A stretch of DNA of 53,289 bases from Acidimicrobiia bacterium (GCA_041576165.1 JBFGLM010000033.1:1-53289), one strand, 5' to 3'; numbered from the stretch's first letter, positions 41,018 to 51,710 are shown. Notes: generated by a model from the sequence alone, not told the origin. Translations and numbers: made by a program.

Positions 41018-41640
41018 TCCGCAACAGCTCCTACTCCACCCACGTTGCCATACGGCGGAAAAGCGGGGTGAGGCCCGATAGCACCCTCAGCCTCTGGAAT
41101 AGCCCAGTCGAAGGATTTGGCACCCCCGAACAGGGCCTGGAGCTCGTCTGTGTTCACGACGTCCGGTCGAGCCGTGCGCAGCCAGGCGATGAGTTCGCGG
41201 GCTTGATCCGGGGTGAGCCCCTCGAGCATCTCGTAGTTGACCTGCGCGGCGGGGGCGCCGCCACACGCGCCGATGCATTCCACGTGTTCGACGGTTATCA
41301 GCCCGTCGTCGTCCGTGACACCGGCGGGCGCTCCGACCGCTTCCTCGGCCGCATGCAGCACGTCATCGGCGCCGAGCAACCAGCAAGAGATGGACGTGCA
41401 TACCGACACGAGGTACCGGCCAACCGGCCGCCGTTTGTACATGGTGTAGAAGCTGGCGACGGCCTGGACCTGGGCGGCGGTGGTGCCGGTCAGCTCCGCC
41501 ACCCGCTTCATACCGGCATCGCTGAGGTGGCCCTCTTCGCTCATCGCGATGTAGAGGAGCGGCATCATCGCCGAACGCTTGTCCGGATAGCGGGAGATGA
41601 GCGCACCCGCTCGTTGCTCTGCGTCAGCCGACCACGTCAC
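41014..41640 (-). CDS. nuoE: Complex I subunit E
   Basis: VASFYTMY, CTSISC, CIGACGGAP (N1a); GTG start placed after GGAG. Confidence 0.93.
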   Translation of the reverse strand: MTWSADAEQRAGALISRYPDKRSAMMPLLYIAMSEEGHLSDAGMKRVAELTGTTAAQVQAVASFYTMYKRRPVGRYLVSVCTSISCWLLGADDVLHAAEEAVGAPAGVTDDDGLITVEHVECIGACGGAPAAQVNYEMLEGLTPDQARELIAWLRTARPDVVNTDELQALFGGAKSFDWAIPEAEGAIGPHPAFPPYGNVGGVGAVAE

Positions 41641-41732
41641 TCGGGGCTCCAATTCCCGGGTGGCACCGTTACTTTCGGCGAACAACGGGCGCACGCGTCA
41701 GCACTGGATGACCGAGAGTTGGGTGCTCTCAT
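41637..41732 (-). other. Palindromic spacer containing a 31-aa micro-ORF coupled to nuoD and nuoE
   Basis: ATG overlaps the nuoD TGA and its TGA overlaps the nuoE GTG; outer stem CCAACTCTCGG/CCGGGAATTGG. Confidence 0.45.
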
Positions 41733-43081
41733 CTATCTACATCTCCCATGACCGGATCGATCGACGCAATGGTGGCAATCGTGTCGGCCACGAGCGAATC
41801 GGCCATCATGATGGGCAATGCCTGCAGGTTGGCGAAGGACGGTGCCCGGATGTGCATCCGTTGGGGCCGGGCGCTGCCGTCCGAGACGATGTAGCAGCCG
41901 AGCTCCCCACGCGGCGACTCGACGGCTACATAGACCTCGCCCTCGGGCACCTTGAACCCTTCCGTGTAGATCTTGAAATGGTGGATCAGAGCTTCCATGG
42001 ACTCGTCGATCCGCTGGCGGGGGGGTGGAGTCACTTTGCGGTCGTCCGTCCGGGTGTCGCCGGCGGGCATGGAGTTGGCAACCTGCTCGACGATTCGCAG
42101 CGACTGCACGATCTCTTCGATCCGCATCCGGTACCGGTCGTATACGTCGCCGTTGGTCCCGGTCGGCACATCGAATTCGTACTGCTCGATGCCCGAATAT
42201 GGCTGGGACTTGCGCAGGTCCCAGTCGTACCCGGTCGAGCGTAGGATCGGCCCGGTGATCCCGTACGCGAGACATTCCTCCGTCGTGATGACCCCGACTC
42301 CCCGGGTACGGGCCTCCCAGATCGGGTTGTGTTCGAGAAGATCGTCGTAGTCATCCAGGGCCGCCGGCATGACCTCGAGGATCTGCGCGACGTCGTCTTC
42401 CCAGCCGTCGGGCAGGTCGGCCGCCACGCCCCCGGGCCGTATGTAGTTGTGGTTCATGCGGAGCCCGGTGGTCTTTTCGAAGAAGGCGAGAATCATCTCG
42501 CGCTCTCTGAAGCCGTAGATCATCATCGACAACGCGCCGATGTCCATGCCGTTGGTGGCTGTAGCCACGAGGTGGCTGGAGATCCGGTTCAGCTCGGTCA
42601 TGAGCACCCGGATTGCGTGGGCGCGAGGCGGCAGATCCACTCCCAGCAGCTTCTCCACGGCCAGCGAGAAGACGAGCTCGTTGTTGAACGGCGACAGGTA
42701 GTCCATCCTGGTGACATTGGTCGGGCCCTGCAGGTACGTCAGCTCCTCGCCCGTCTTTTCCATGCCGGTGTGGAGGTAACCGATGATCGGCTTCACCCGT
42801 CTGACGAGCTCACCTTCGAGTTCCAGGTTGAGGCGGAGCACACCATGCGTCGAGGGGTGCTGGGGGCCCATGTTGATGCGCATCCGCTCGTCGCTATGCG
42901 TTTCATCGTCGATGACGTAGTCGTCGGTGATGCGGGTCCCGACCTGTTCGATCGACCGCTGATCCGTTTCCTCCGGCAGCATCTCCTGGGCGCCTTCATC
43001 GGTGCCGGCGACAGCCCAGTCGGGCTCCTCCGTCCCCGTCACCCACACTTCCCGCTGCACGGTTTTGGTGTCTTCAGCCAT
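41729..43081 (-). CDS. nuoD: Complex I subunit D (14-subunit cluster)
   Basis: NMGPQHPSTHGVL, GYLHTGMEK, TRMDY, ESPRGELG, DPVMGDVDR. Confidence 0.96.
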   Translation of the reverse strand: MAEDTKTVQREVWVTGTEEPDWAVAGTDEGAQEMLPEETDQRSIEQVGTRITDDYVIDDETHSDERMRINMGPQHPSTHGVLRLNLELEGELVRRVKPIIGYLHTGMEKTGEELTYLQGPTNVTRMDYLSPFNNELVFSLAVEKLLGVDLPPRAHAIRVLMTELNRISSHLVATATNGMDIGALSMMIYGFREREMILAFFEKTTGLRMNHNYIRPGGVAADLPDGWEDDVAQILEVMPAALDDYDDLLEHNPIWEARTRGVGVITTEECLAYGITGPILRSTGYDWDLRKSQPYSGIEQYEFDVPTGTNGDVYDRYRMRIEEIVQSLRIVEQVANSMPAGDTRTDDRKVTPPPRQRIDESMEALIHHFKIYTEGFKVPEGEVYVAVESPRGELGCYIVSDGSARPQRMHIRAPSFANLQALPIMMADSLVADTIATIASIDPVMGDVDR

Positions 43082-43638
43082 CACACCACCTTGTGTGATT
43101 CTTTGAACTGCACCGGAACCTGCCCGGTGGCGAAGTCTTTCCGGAGTGGGTAGCCATCCCAGTCGTCCGGCATGAGGATCCGGGTCAGGTCGGGGTGGCC
43201 GTCAAAGGAGATCCCGAACATGTCGTACACCTCCCGTTCGAAGAAGTTCGTTCCCGGATACACGGGCACCAGGGAAGGCACCTCGGGATCCTCGGCACCG
43301 ACAGGACAGAGCAGTCGAAGGCGGAGATTGTGCGTATGCGACAGAAGGCAAGCGACCACGTCAAAGCGGATCCGGCGGCCGCGATGGTGATCGACTGCCG
43401 TCACGTCGACACATACTTCAAAGCCTGCCCGCTTGGCGGCTTCGGCGAATGTCCGAAAGTCTGCGGGCGCCACGGTGGCAGTGTCCTGGTCGCGGGACAG
43501 ATGCCATTCAACTCCGGGGAAATCTTCGAATAGCGACCTGAGCACCGGGTGGTCGGGCAGCTCCCGGGCCGGGGGTTCACCAACCTCGCTGTCGAGGCTG
43601 GTTTCGGCGACAGATTCGGGAGTTGGTTTCTCACTCAT
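43081..43638 (-). CDS. nuoC: Complex I subunit C (14-subunit cluster)
   Basis: DVTAVD, EREVYDMFGISFDGHPDLTRILMP, YPLRKDF. Confidence 0.94.
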   Translation of the reverse strand: MSEKPTPESVAETSLDSEVGEPPARELPDHPVLRSLFEDFPGVEWHLSRDQDTATVAPADFRTFAEAAKRAGFEVCVDVTAVDHHRGRRIRFDVVACLLSHTHNLRLRLLCPVGAEDPEVPSLVPVYPGTNFFEREVYDMFGISFDGHPDLTRILMPDDWDGYPLRKDFATGQVPVQFKESHKVV

Positions 43639-44108
43639 CACCGCGCCAGCTCCCCCGTCATGATCTTGTCCTGCAGGGTGAGGATTCCATGCATCAGAGA
43701 TTGCGGTCCGGGCGGGCATCCCGGAACGTAGATGTCGACGGGCACGACCTGGTCCACCCCCTGTACCAACGCATAGTTGTTGAACATCCCACCGGTCGAG
43801 GCGCACGCGCCCATCGATATCACCCATTTCGGATCGGCCATCTGGTCGTACACCTGGCGCAGGACCGGCGCCATCTTCTGACTCACCCGGCCGGCCACGA
43901 CCATCAGGTCGGCCTGGCGGGGCGAGGCTCGGAAGACCTCCATTCCGAATCGCGCCAGATCGTGATGCGCGGCGCCGGTCGCGATCATCTCGATTGCGCA
44001 ACACGCAAGCCCGAAGGTGGCAGGCCACATCGACTGGGTTTGGGCCCAGCGGACTGCGGCTCCCAACGTGCTGGTCAGCAGGTTGGGGGGCGTCGAGAGC
44101 CGCGCCAT
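43638..44108 (-). CDS. nuoB: Complex I subunit B (14-subunit cluster)
   Basis: [33 protein letters not shown]. Confidence 0.96.
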   Translation of the reverse strand: MARLSTPPNLLTSTLGAAVRWAQTQSMWPATFGLACCAIEMIATGAAHHDLARFGMEVFRASPRQADLMVVAGRVSQKMAPVLRQVYDQMADPKWVISMGACASTGGMFNNYALVQGVDQVVPVDIYVPGCPPGPQSLMHGILTLQDKIMTGELAR

Positions 44109-44524
44109 CAGGCAGCTTCCTCCTGCACCTCGAGTTCGCGTCGGTAGCGAGCGCGCCGAGGGACGTTCCAGTCCAAGGCGCCCCGCTTCCAGACGTACCC
44201 CAACGTCTCAATGATCAGAAGGGTGAAAATGCCAACGGATGCGACCCCGAGCCAGCCGAGCTCCTGGAACTGCGAGGCCCAGGCAAACAGGAAGATGATT
44301 TCGACGTCGAAGATCACGAAGAGGATCGCCACCAGGTAGAACTTCACCGGGAACCGGTTGATCGGTTCCTCCTCCGTAACGATCCCACATTCGTAGGGGG
44401 CCAGCTTCTCCGGCGTGGGCCGTTTGTAGGAGAGGAGGTTCGAGGCCAGGAGCGAAACGCCGGCAAAGAGTCCTGCGAGGACCAGCATCACCAGTACCGG
44501 CAGATAGTCAGCAAGCTCCAACAC
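44108..44524 (-). CDS. nuoA: Complex I subunit A (14-subunit cluster)
   Basis: [29 protein letters not shown]. Confidence 0.95.
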   Translation of the reverse strand: MLELADYLPVLVMLVLAGLFAGVSLLASNLLSYKRPTPEKLAPYECGIVTEEEPINRFPVKFYLVAILFVIFDVEIIFLFAWASQFQELGWLGVASVGIFTLLIIETLGYVWKRGALDWNVPRRARYRRELEVQEEAA

Positions 44525-44779
44525 AGCTCCCTTCTGTGGCGCAGGTTAGAAAGCTCGATCCCGGAGTGACAAAACGCCCTACGTGGCTTGCGCCAAGCGG
44601 CTCGAATCGGACGCTGCCGGTTCGCACCGCAGTGGTTCCGCCACCGGTCGGAGCGGTCCCAGCTCGGTGCTCATCGCCCTGCGATCCCGAAAAGTCGATG
44701 GAATGACTGATCCCGGAGCGGCGTTCCGTGGGGCCCGGCAGATCTGGGCCCTCGCAGCACCACTATGCTCGCGTGTCCC

Positions 44780-45427
44780 GTGAAGAACCCGTCAGAAATC
44801 CCCAAGGCAACGGTCGAACGCCTGCCGCGCTATTTGCGCTCTTTGGAGGCGCTGTCGCCGAGACGCTCGACCATCTCCTCGACAGAACTCGCCAGGCTCA
44901 GCAATGTCAACGCCGCCAAGGTGCGCAAGGATCTCTCGTATATGGGAACCTACGGCGTCCGCGGCGTGGGCTACGACGCCGAACTCTTGCGCTTTCAGAT
45001 ACGTCGCGAGCTGGGGCTCACCCGCGATTGGGACGTGGCAATCGTGGGCGTCGGGAATCTCGGGTCCGCGCTCGCCAACTACGGCGGCTTCGTGAGCCGG
45101 GGATTCTCCATCGTGGGTGTCTATGACGCCGATCCCGCCAAGGTGGGCATGAAGGTCGACGGCCGGACGGTGCGTGACATCAGCACACTTGCGTCCGACA
45201 CTCGGACCAGGGATATCTCGATTGGCATCATCACCACCCCGGCTGAGGTCGCGCAGGAGGTGGCCACACTGCTCGTCGAGTGCGGCGTCCGGTCGATCCT
45301 CAACTTTGCGCCGACGGAGCTGTTGGTGCCCGAGGGCGTCCAGGTGCGCCAGGTCGATCTGGCCACCGAACTCCAGATCCTGTCGTTCTACATGAGCGGC
45401 GGAAGGCCCGAAGCCCTCGAGGCCTGA
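44780..45427 (+). CDS. rex: Redox-sensing (NADH/NAD+) transcriptional repressor Rex
   Basis: IPKATVERLPRY, VRKDLSYMG.YG.RGVGY, VGVGNLG Rossmann motif, ILNFAP. Confidence 0.96.
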   Translation: MKNPSEIPKATVERLPRYLRSLEALSPRRSTISSTELARLSNVNAAKVRKDLSYMGTYGVRGVGYDAELLRFQIRRELGLTRDWDVAIVGVGNLGSALANYGGFVSRGFSIVGVYDADPAKVGMKVDGRTVRDISTLASDTRTRDISIGIITTPAEVAQEVATLLVECGVRSILNFAPTELLVPEGVQVRQVDLATELQILSFYMSGGRPEALEA

Positions 45428-45633
45428 ACCCAGCCACGGGCGCCCGCCGTGTCATTCGAGAATGGTCCCCAACCTTGGACCAGCTAGGGCCGATGCCACG
45501 GTGGTAACCATCAAGGGGGTTGGATGCTGGCTCGTGAGGCTCGCCGTCACGCAGCGCTCATCGCCGTCATCGCCGGCGGAGGCGCAGCGACACTTTCGGT
45601 TCTCATGCGTTCGATTGGGATCTGACGCCCCGG

Positions 45634-45993
45634 CTATTCCCCGAGCTGCTCCTGCTCGGTTTCATACCGATGCAGCGCCACCATGAACATGCCCAGGAGG
45701 ATCGCCGACCCGACCATGAACGCACCGGGGATGATCCGGATCTCGAATGCATTGAGCCCTTCGATGTTGACCGGACGCGGCCCGCGCGGGGCGTAGAGCA
45801 CGAACAGCAGCGAGCCGATTGTCGTCCAGGCAAACGTGCCCGCTCCCACTACCAGGAAACCGAGCCGCCGGCCAAGATTCGTGTAGTTCAGCAAATACAC
45901 GGTCCCGTAGAACACCAACACCGCGGCCAGGGTGAGCACGATACCGGTGAAGAGCAGATTCGCCGACAGGATGTCCCTGAAGAGTTCACGCAT
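45634..45993 (-). CDS. Small 3-TM membrane protein, last gene of the Rieske/cyt b operon
   Basis: 119 aa, three hydrophobic helices; start overlaps the end of the cytochrome c gene. Confidence 0.7.
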   Translation of the reverse strand: MRELFRDILSANLLFTGIVLTLAAVLVFYGTVYLLNYTNLGRRLGFLVVGAGTFAWTTIGSLLFVLYAPRGPRPVNIEGLNAFEIRIIPGAFMVGSAILLGMFMVALHRYETEQEQLGE

Positions 45994-47449
45994 CGCCCGT
46001 CTCCCGTGCAAACTCGATACCGTCCAGTGTCGTCCCTCGCAGATAGCGCGCAATCAACTCGATGTCCTCGGCAGGCAGTACCGTGCCCCAGCCGGGCATC
46101 CGTCCCGAGCCGACACCGTTCACGCCGTAACCGATGCCGTTCTCTGATCCCTTGATCAGGAATTCCATGAGGTCTTCCTCACTCAGGAACTGGATGTTGG
46201 CCCGGCCATCGCGCAGGCTCGGGCCCACCGCGCCCGACGCTTGCTCTTGCTGGAATGCAGGACCGGCCGAGTAGCCGGCGGTGTGACACCGGGCGCAGTA
46301 GGCGTTGAACAGGCCCACCGCCCGCTGCGCTTCGGCAATGTTGCCGTCGAATGTCGCATCGGCGACGGCCGGCAATTCAATTGCCCACTTGCGTTCCTCG
46401 GCTGCGTTCTGGACAAAACGCAACCCGAACTCTGCCTGCTCCAGGAGGGTGTCCTGATTCTCGACCGTCACCGAAAGGGTGGTGGCCTCACTCTCCAGCT
46501 CTGAAACGATCTGCGCGGCGGTGCGGGCATCCCCGGTCCCGATCACCGTTTCTTCTGCCGCCGCGTCGAGCGTCACTGCCGAGTCGATGACTCCAGCTTC
46601 CGCGGCCTGCTCTGAAATGTCGGATAGCTGGCGCTCTGCACGGTCGGACACACCGTCGCCGTCGGTGTCGAGGCCGTCCTCGGCCGCCTCCAGAATCTCG
46701 GCAGCTTCTTCGGCCAGCTGGGAGGCGACCGGGGCAAGGATCTGGGCCATCCGGATGTCTTCGATCAGTTGCGCCTGGGTGGCGATCTGGGCGGCGACTG
46801 TTTCGTCCGCCGTCTCGAGACGCTGGTTGGCGGCGTCTACCTTGGGATCGATCTGCGCCAGAGTGTTCTCCTGCGGTACCTCGATCGACCGCAGGTAGGC
46901 CATGAGATCGTCGATCTGCTGGGTGTTGAGCGGGCCGCCACCTTCCAGCCCCCACGGAGGCATGGGCGAGTTGGGTCGGCCGTAGACGAGCCAGAAGCGC
47001 ACCTCATCTTCGTCGTAACGGTAGAAGACATCGTTGACCGCCGGCGCCTCCCAGGCGGAGACGCTGATTTGCGAACGCTTCTCGAGGAATGGGGCGGCTC
47101 CGCCCACTCCTTCGGGACCGTGACAGTTGGCGCAACCGAACTCTTCCCAGATCTCGAAGCCGTGGGCGACATCCTCTTCGGCGAACTCTTCGACAAAGCC
47201 TTCTTGACGATCTGTTTCACTGAGGTAGTAGATCGGCAGCGCCAAAGCCATGAAGGCCGACACGATGACGGCCGACGCCAGCGTCCGGTCGAGGCGGCGC
47301 GACTCGAGTTCGTCGTCCGTTGCGTACGCCGACAGGTTGGCTGGAACCTCGTCCCGTTTGCCGGCCCGGCCACCCGAGCTGAGCAGAAACGCGAACCACG
47401 CGACCGCGCCAAGGCCCACGAGGGTGATGATCAGACTGTTCAAACCCAC
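45986..47449 (-). CDS. Membrane-anchored dihaem cytochrome c
   Basis: Two CxxCH (CANCH, CARCH), each followed by an MP axial-Met motif (SPMPPW, GRMPGW); two N-terminal TM helices. Confidence 0.9.
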   Translation of the reverse strand: MGLNSLIITLVGLGAVAWFAFLLSSGGRAGKRDEVPANLSAYATDDELESRRLDRTLASAVIVSAFMALALPIYYLSETDRQEGFVEEFAEEDVAHGFEIWEEFGCANCHGPEGVGGAAPFLEKRSQISVSAWEAPAVNDVFYRYDEDEVRFWLVYGRPNSPMPPWGLEGGGPLNTQQIDDLMAYLRSIEVPQENTLAQIDPKVDAANQRLETADETVAAQIATQAQLIEDIRMAQILAPVASQLAEEAAEILEAAEDGLDTDGDGVSDRAERQLSDISEQAAEAGVIDSAVTLDAAAEETVIGTGDARTAAQIVSELESEATTLSVTVENQDTLLEQAEFGLRFVQNAAEERKWAIELPAVADATFDGNIAEAQRAVGLFNAYCARCHTAGYSAGPAFQQEQASGAVGPSLRDGRANIQFLSEEDLMEFLIKGSENGIGYGVNGVGSGRMPGWGTVLPAEDIELIARYLRGTTLDGIEFARETGDA

Positions 47450-47455
47450 GGCTCG

Positions 47456-48360
47456 TTACTCCTCCACTGCCGCCTCGAGCGCGATGCAGGAAGGTCCCTG
47501 CGGGTACGGTACGGTGCTGATCAGGGCACGGGCGGTTTGGATGATCGAGCCCGTCTTGATGATCAGGTTTCCTCCGCTGTCCTCAACGACGAAGCGATCC
47601 AGGTTGCGGGGTGCGGGTCCAGCTCGATACTCGCCCACGTAGTTGTATTTCGAACCGTGGCAGGGGCATTCGAATCCCTGCGATGTGTCGCACCATGGCA
47701 CCCGGCAGCCAAGATGAACGCAGCGCTGGAAGAGCGCAGTGAGCCCGGCCGTAACCACGTCTGTGCCCTCGAACTGTGAGGTGTCTACGAGGGACTCATC
47801 GAACGGCACGACGTACGCACGGGCCTCGGGCAGGAAAAGCGGCAGGATCGACCCGTCGGGACGGGTGATCTGGTTGCGTATCTCCGAAATCGGTCCGGCG
47901 TCGATGTCCGACCCAAATCCGCCGGACAGCCTGGGCCACAAGAACGCCAGTGAAGTGATGCCGAACAAGGCCATGTACCCGCCGAATGTGGCCAGCAGCG
48001 CCCGGGTGAAGAACTGGCGCCGGGTGACACCGGCCTCCTCCGACGACAGTTCCTCCACCCGCTGCACCTCCTGGACCACTGCGGTGGTTGGCGGAGGAGC
48101 TTCCACCTCGACCTCGGGAGCGGGCGGCGGGCCCTCGACGACGGAGACCTCCTCGGCGGGGGCTTCTTCGACCGCGGCCACGGTGCCCACGGCCACGGGC
48201 ACTTTCAACTCCGACTGGTCGGACCGGGCGGCCTCGCGCGGGACCCGGCTGCGCCAGGGTTCGGATCTACCGGACGAGCGCCGGTAGGCAATGGCAAAGG
48301 CCCCAGCGACGGCCAGAACGGCCAGGGCCACGAGCGAGATGACCAAGATCTGTGTAGTCG

Positions 48361-48364
<4 letters not shown>
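47456..48364 (-). CDS. petC: Rieske 2Fe-2S subunit of a quinol:cytochrome c oxidoreductase
   Basis: CVHLGC and CPCHGS boxes, GPAPRNL, internal twin-arginine motif TRRQFF followed by a TM helix. Confidence 0.92.
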
Positions 48365-49389
<1,025 letters not shown>

Positions 49390-49398
49390 GTTTCGTCC

Positions 49399-50175
49399 CT
49401 AGAGCGGCCCGGAGATGCCGCCGTCCTTTCGAACTCGCCAAAAGTGCACGGCCATGAAGATAACGATCACAAACGGCAGGAACAGCACATGGAGGACGTA
49501 GAACCGCAGGAGCGTGTTCCCGGTCACCTCCACCCCGCCCAGCAACGCGAATTTCACCTGATTGCCGAACACCGGGGTGAATCCGGCCATGTTGGTGCCG
49601 ACGGTCACGGCCCACAACGCCAGCTGGTCCCATGGCAGCAGGTAACCGGTGAAGGAGAGCAGCAAAGTCAGGAGTAGCAGAACGACGCCGATGACCCAGT
49701 TGAACTCGCGGGGCGGCTTGTACGCCCCGTGATAGAACACACGGGACATGTGCAGGAACACGGTCAACACCATCAGGTGGGCGCCCCAGCGGTGCATGTT
49801 CCTCACTAGCGATCCAAAAGCCACTGAGGTGGACAGGGCTTCTGTATCGACGTACGCCTGGGGCGCGGCCGGCGTGTAGTAGAACATCAGGAAGATGCCC
49901 GTGATGGTCAACAGGATGAACAGGAAGAAACTCAGGCCACCCAGACACAACGTGTAGGACAGCCGGACGCCGTGCCGCTTCACCTTCACCGGGTGCAGGT
50001 GATACAGCACGTTGTTCATGATCACATATGACCGGTTCCGGGGACTGTCCGAATACGCCTTCTTGAACGGCGATCCGGGTCGGAAGATGCTCTCCCAAAA
50101 CGGTGAAGCACGAAAGCGTTCGCCGAGCTCTGCTGCCCGCTCCCTCAGTTGCAGTCCGCCATTGCCGTTTGCCAC
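49399..50175 (-). CDS. petB: Cytochrome b6-type N-terminal subunit
   Basis: CLGG haem-ci motif, MHRW..FLH and LH-x14-H haem ligands, [10 protein letters not shown]; ends GISGPL as in cyt b6. Confidence 0.93.
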   Translation of the reverse strand: MANGNGGLQLRERAAELGERFRASPFWESIFRPGSPFKKAYSDSPRNRSYVIMNNVLYHLHPVKVKRHGVRLSYTLCLGGLSFFLFILLTITGIFLMFYYTPAAPQAYVDTEALSTSVAFGSLVRNMHRWGAHLMVLTVFLHMSRVFYHGAYKPPREFNWVIGVVLLLLTLLLSFTGYLLPWDQLALWAVTVGTNMAGFTPVFGNQVKFALLGGVEVTGNTLLRFYVLHVLFLPFVIVIFMAVHFWRVRKDGGISGPL

Positions 50176-50187
50176 TCGAATCCTCCG

Positions 50188-50643
50188 TCAGAACCGCATG
50201 CCGTAGGCGTATCCGTTCTTGAAATCGCGAGCCCCCGTGTCGACTTCCCACGGAGCCTGTTCGAGCAGACCCAGATCCATCGCCTGCTCGGCCAAAGACC
50301 CCTCGAACTTCCCGAGGGTGATCACGTTCGTCGGACAGCGATCTACGCACAGGGCACACCGGGTGCACTCGTCTTCGTCCACCACGAAAAACCCGAAGTT
50401 GTCGGCCTGCTCGCCCGGGTTGGCGACGTTCACCGCTTCGTCGATGGCGTCAAGCGACAGATAGTGGATGCACTTCCAGGGACAGATGTCGACGCAGCCT
50501 TCGCAGAGGATGCACTCGGCCTGGTTGATGTGCAGGAACTGTTTGGGCTTGACCTGGGACTGAACGTAGTCGGTGTCAACTGCCGCCAGCTGGTAGTCGT
50601 CGCGGAACGGGGGCGTCTCGAACCAGACCTCGGAGCGGGCCAT
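50188..50643 (-). CDS. 2[4Fe-4S] dicluster ferredoxin
   Basis: CILCEGCVDICP and CTRCALCVDRCP; acidic; no signal peptide. Confidence 0.92.
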   Translation of the reverse strand: MARSEVWFETPPFRDDYQLAAVDTDYVQSQVKPKQFLHINQAECILCEGCVDICPWKCIHYLSLDAIDEAVNVANPGEQADNFGFFVVDEDECTRCALCVDRCPTNVITLGKFEGSLAEQAMDLGLLEQAPWEVDTGARDFKNGYAYGMRF

Positions 50644-51281
50644 CAGCTGGTCCCTTTCACGAGGGGTCGGCCGTACGGTGACACGGCTTCGACCTCGGCT
50701 GTCTCATCCGGGAGCGGCTTGCCCCAGTCCTGGATCTTGTAGGCGAAGATGATCATCAAGGTGAGGATGCCCATGTTGTAGTTGATGGATACGAAGTCCT
50801 TGACGAATGCGAGGCTGATGGTGATGTCGTTGTTCAGCACGAGCCACGGGGGGACGGTGAAGAGGTCGGTCTGCTCGGTCCACTCGAGCGGACCCTGCGT
50901 CAGGTTCAACCACTCTGAGGGAAGGGTGCCCAGGTACAGGACCAGCTGCAAAAACACGATGAACGCCGCGAAGGTTGCCCGGGCCCACGTCATCTTCCGA
51001 TCGAGGAGGAAGGCGATAGCGGCGCCGGCGATCATGATCTGGCTCGCCGTGAACGCGATGATTTGCCCGATCGTCACCGAGAACCATCCGCGGGGGATCC
51101 AACCGAAATAGTCGACCTCGACGGTGGACTCTACGCCATCAACGGTCTCCGTCACCGGGAAGTTCGCGTAGTGAGCGATCAGGATGCCTACCGCGAACGT
51201 CACGAGGCCGATCGCAATCATGCCGAGGCCGAGACCGGTCTTCTGGCTTTGGCTCAGTCCTCGAAGCCTGCGCTGCAGCAT
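50643..51281 (-). CDS. Unknown 4-TM membrane protein, first gene of the Rieske/cyt b operon
   Basis: GGGAG SD; four hydrophobic segments; stop overlaps the ferredoxin ATG. Confidence 0.75.
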   Translation of the reverse strand: MLQRRLRGLSQSQKTGLGLGMIAIGLVTFAVGILIAHYANFPVTETVDGVESTVEVDYFGWIPRGWFSVTIGQIIAFTASQIMIAGAAIAFLLDRKMTWARATFAAFIVFLQLVLYLGTLPSEWLNLTQGPLEWTEQTDLFTVPPWLVLNNDITISLAFVKDFVSINYNMGILTLMIIFAYKIQDWGKPLPDETAEVEAVSPYGRPLVKGTS

Positions 51282-51543
51282 GTCGGCTTGCGTTCTCCCT
51301 GTTACTGCCGTTTGATGACCCTACCCACCAAACCCGCGATACGCTTGTTTCGGTCCTGCCCGGCCGGTTCAGCGGCGAGGCGCACCGCCATTGTTAGCAG
51401 AAACAAGCCGCTTCCCCGAAACCCATCGCGATATTCTCCAGCCGGTTCCGTCGCAGGTGAATTGACCGCCGTTTGGCATCCCCACCCGCTTTGACGGCCG
51501 TATGCCGATCCGGCGAGAATGCGGCCGCCTTGATGTCGGGTTG

Positions 51544-51585
51544 AGCCCACAAAGTCCGGTAGGCTCGCCCGGACTTCGGTGGGCT
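51544..51585. repeat. Inverted repeat/hairpin in the divergent promoter region
   Basis: AGCCCAC-a-AAGTCCGG ... CCGGACTT-cg-GTGGGCT. Confidence 0.6.
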
Positions 51586-51609
51586 TTGCCGTCGCGAATG
51601 GCGGGGGCG

Positions 51610-51674
51610 CCGGATGACGAACCCGGATAACTAACCCGGATAACGAACCCGGATAACGAACCCGGATAACGAAC
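51610..51674. repeat. 13-bp tandem repeat (CGAACCCGGATAA), 4 full copies plus partial flanks
   Basis: Units at 51618, 51631 (one mismatch), 51644 and 51657; no spacers. Confidence 0.9.
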
Positions 51675-51710
51675 ACAGACCGAACACCACGGACGGAAAC
51701 AGGAGTCGGG

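Noticed and set aside
8127-43153. Many long plus-strand ORFs opposite glgB and the nuo genes (e.g. 11642-13105, 13346-14887, 31133-32407)
   Set aside because: Antisense frames typical of high-GC coding DNA; no recognisable motifs
18152-44211. Long N-terminal extensions of NuoD1, NuoA1, NuoB1, NuoM2, NuoG and NuoC2 in the ORF track
   Set aside because: Artefacts of choosing the most upstream start; downstream starts give standard stop/start overlaps or SD sites
45428-45633. ncRNA or small ORF between rex and the cyt b operon
   Set aside because: Only a weak bulged stem (CCAACCTTG/CAAGGGGGTTGG); ORF 45462-45686 has no coding support
51610-51674. CRISPR array or c-di-AMP (ydaO) riboswitch
   Set aside because: No spacers or cas genes; the resemblance to the ydaO 3' GAACCCG..CTAACCCGG segment is explained by the tandem repeat, and the 5' motifs are missing
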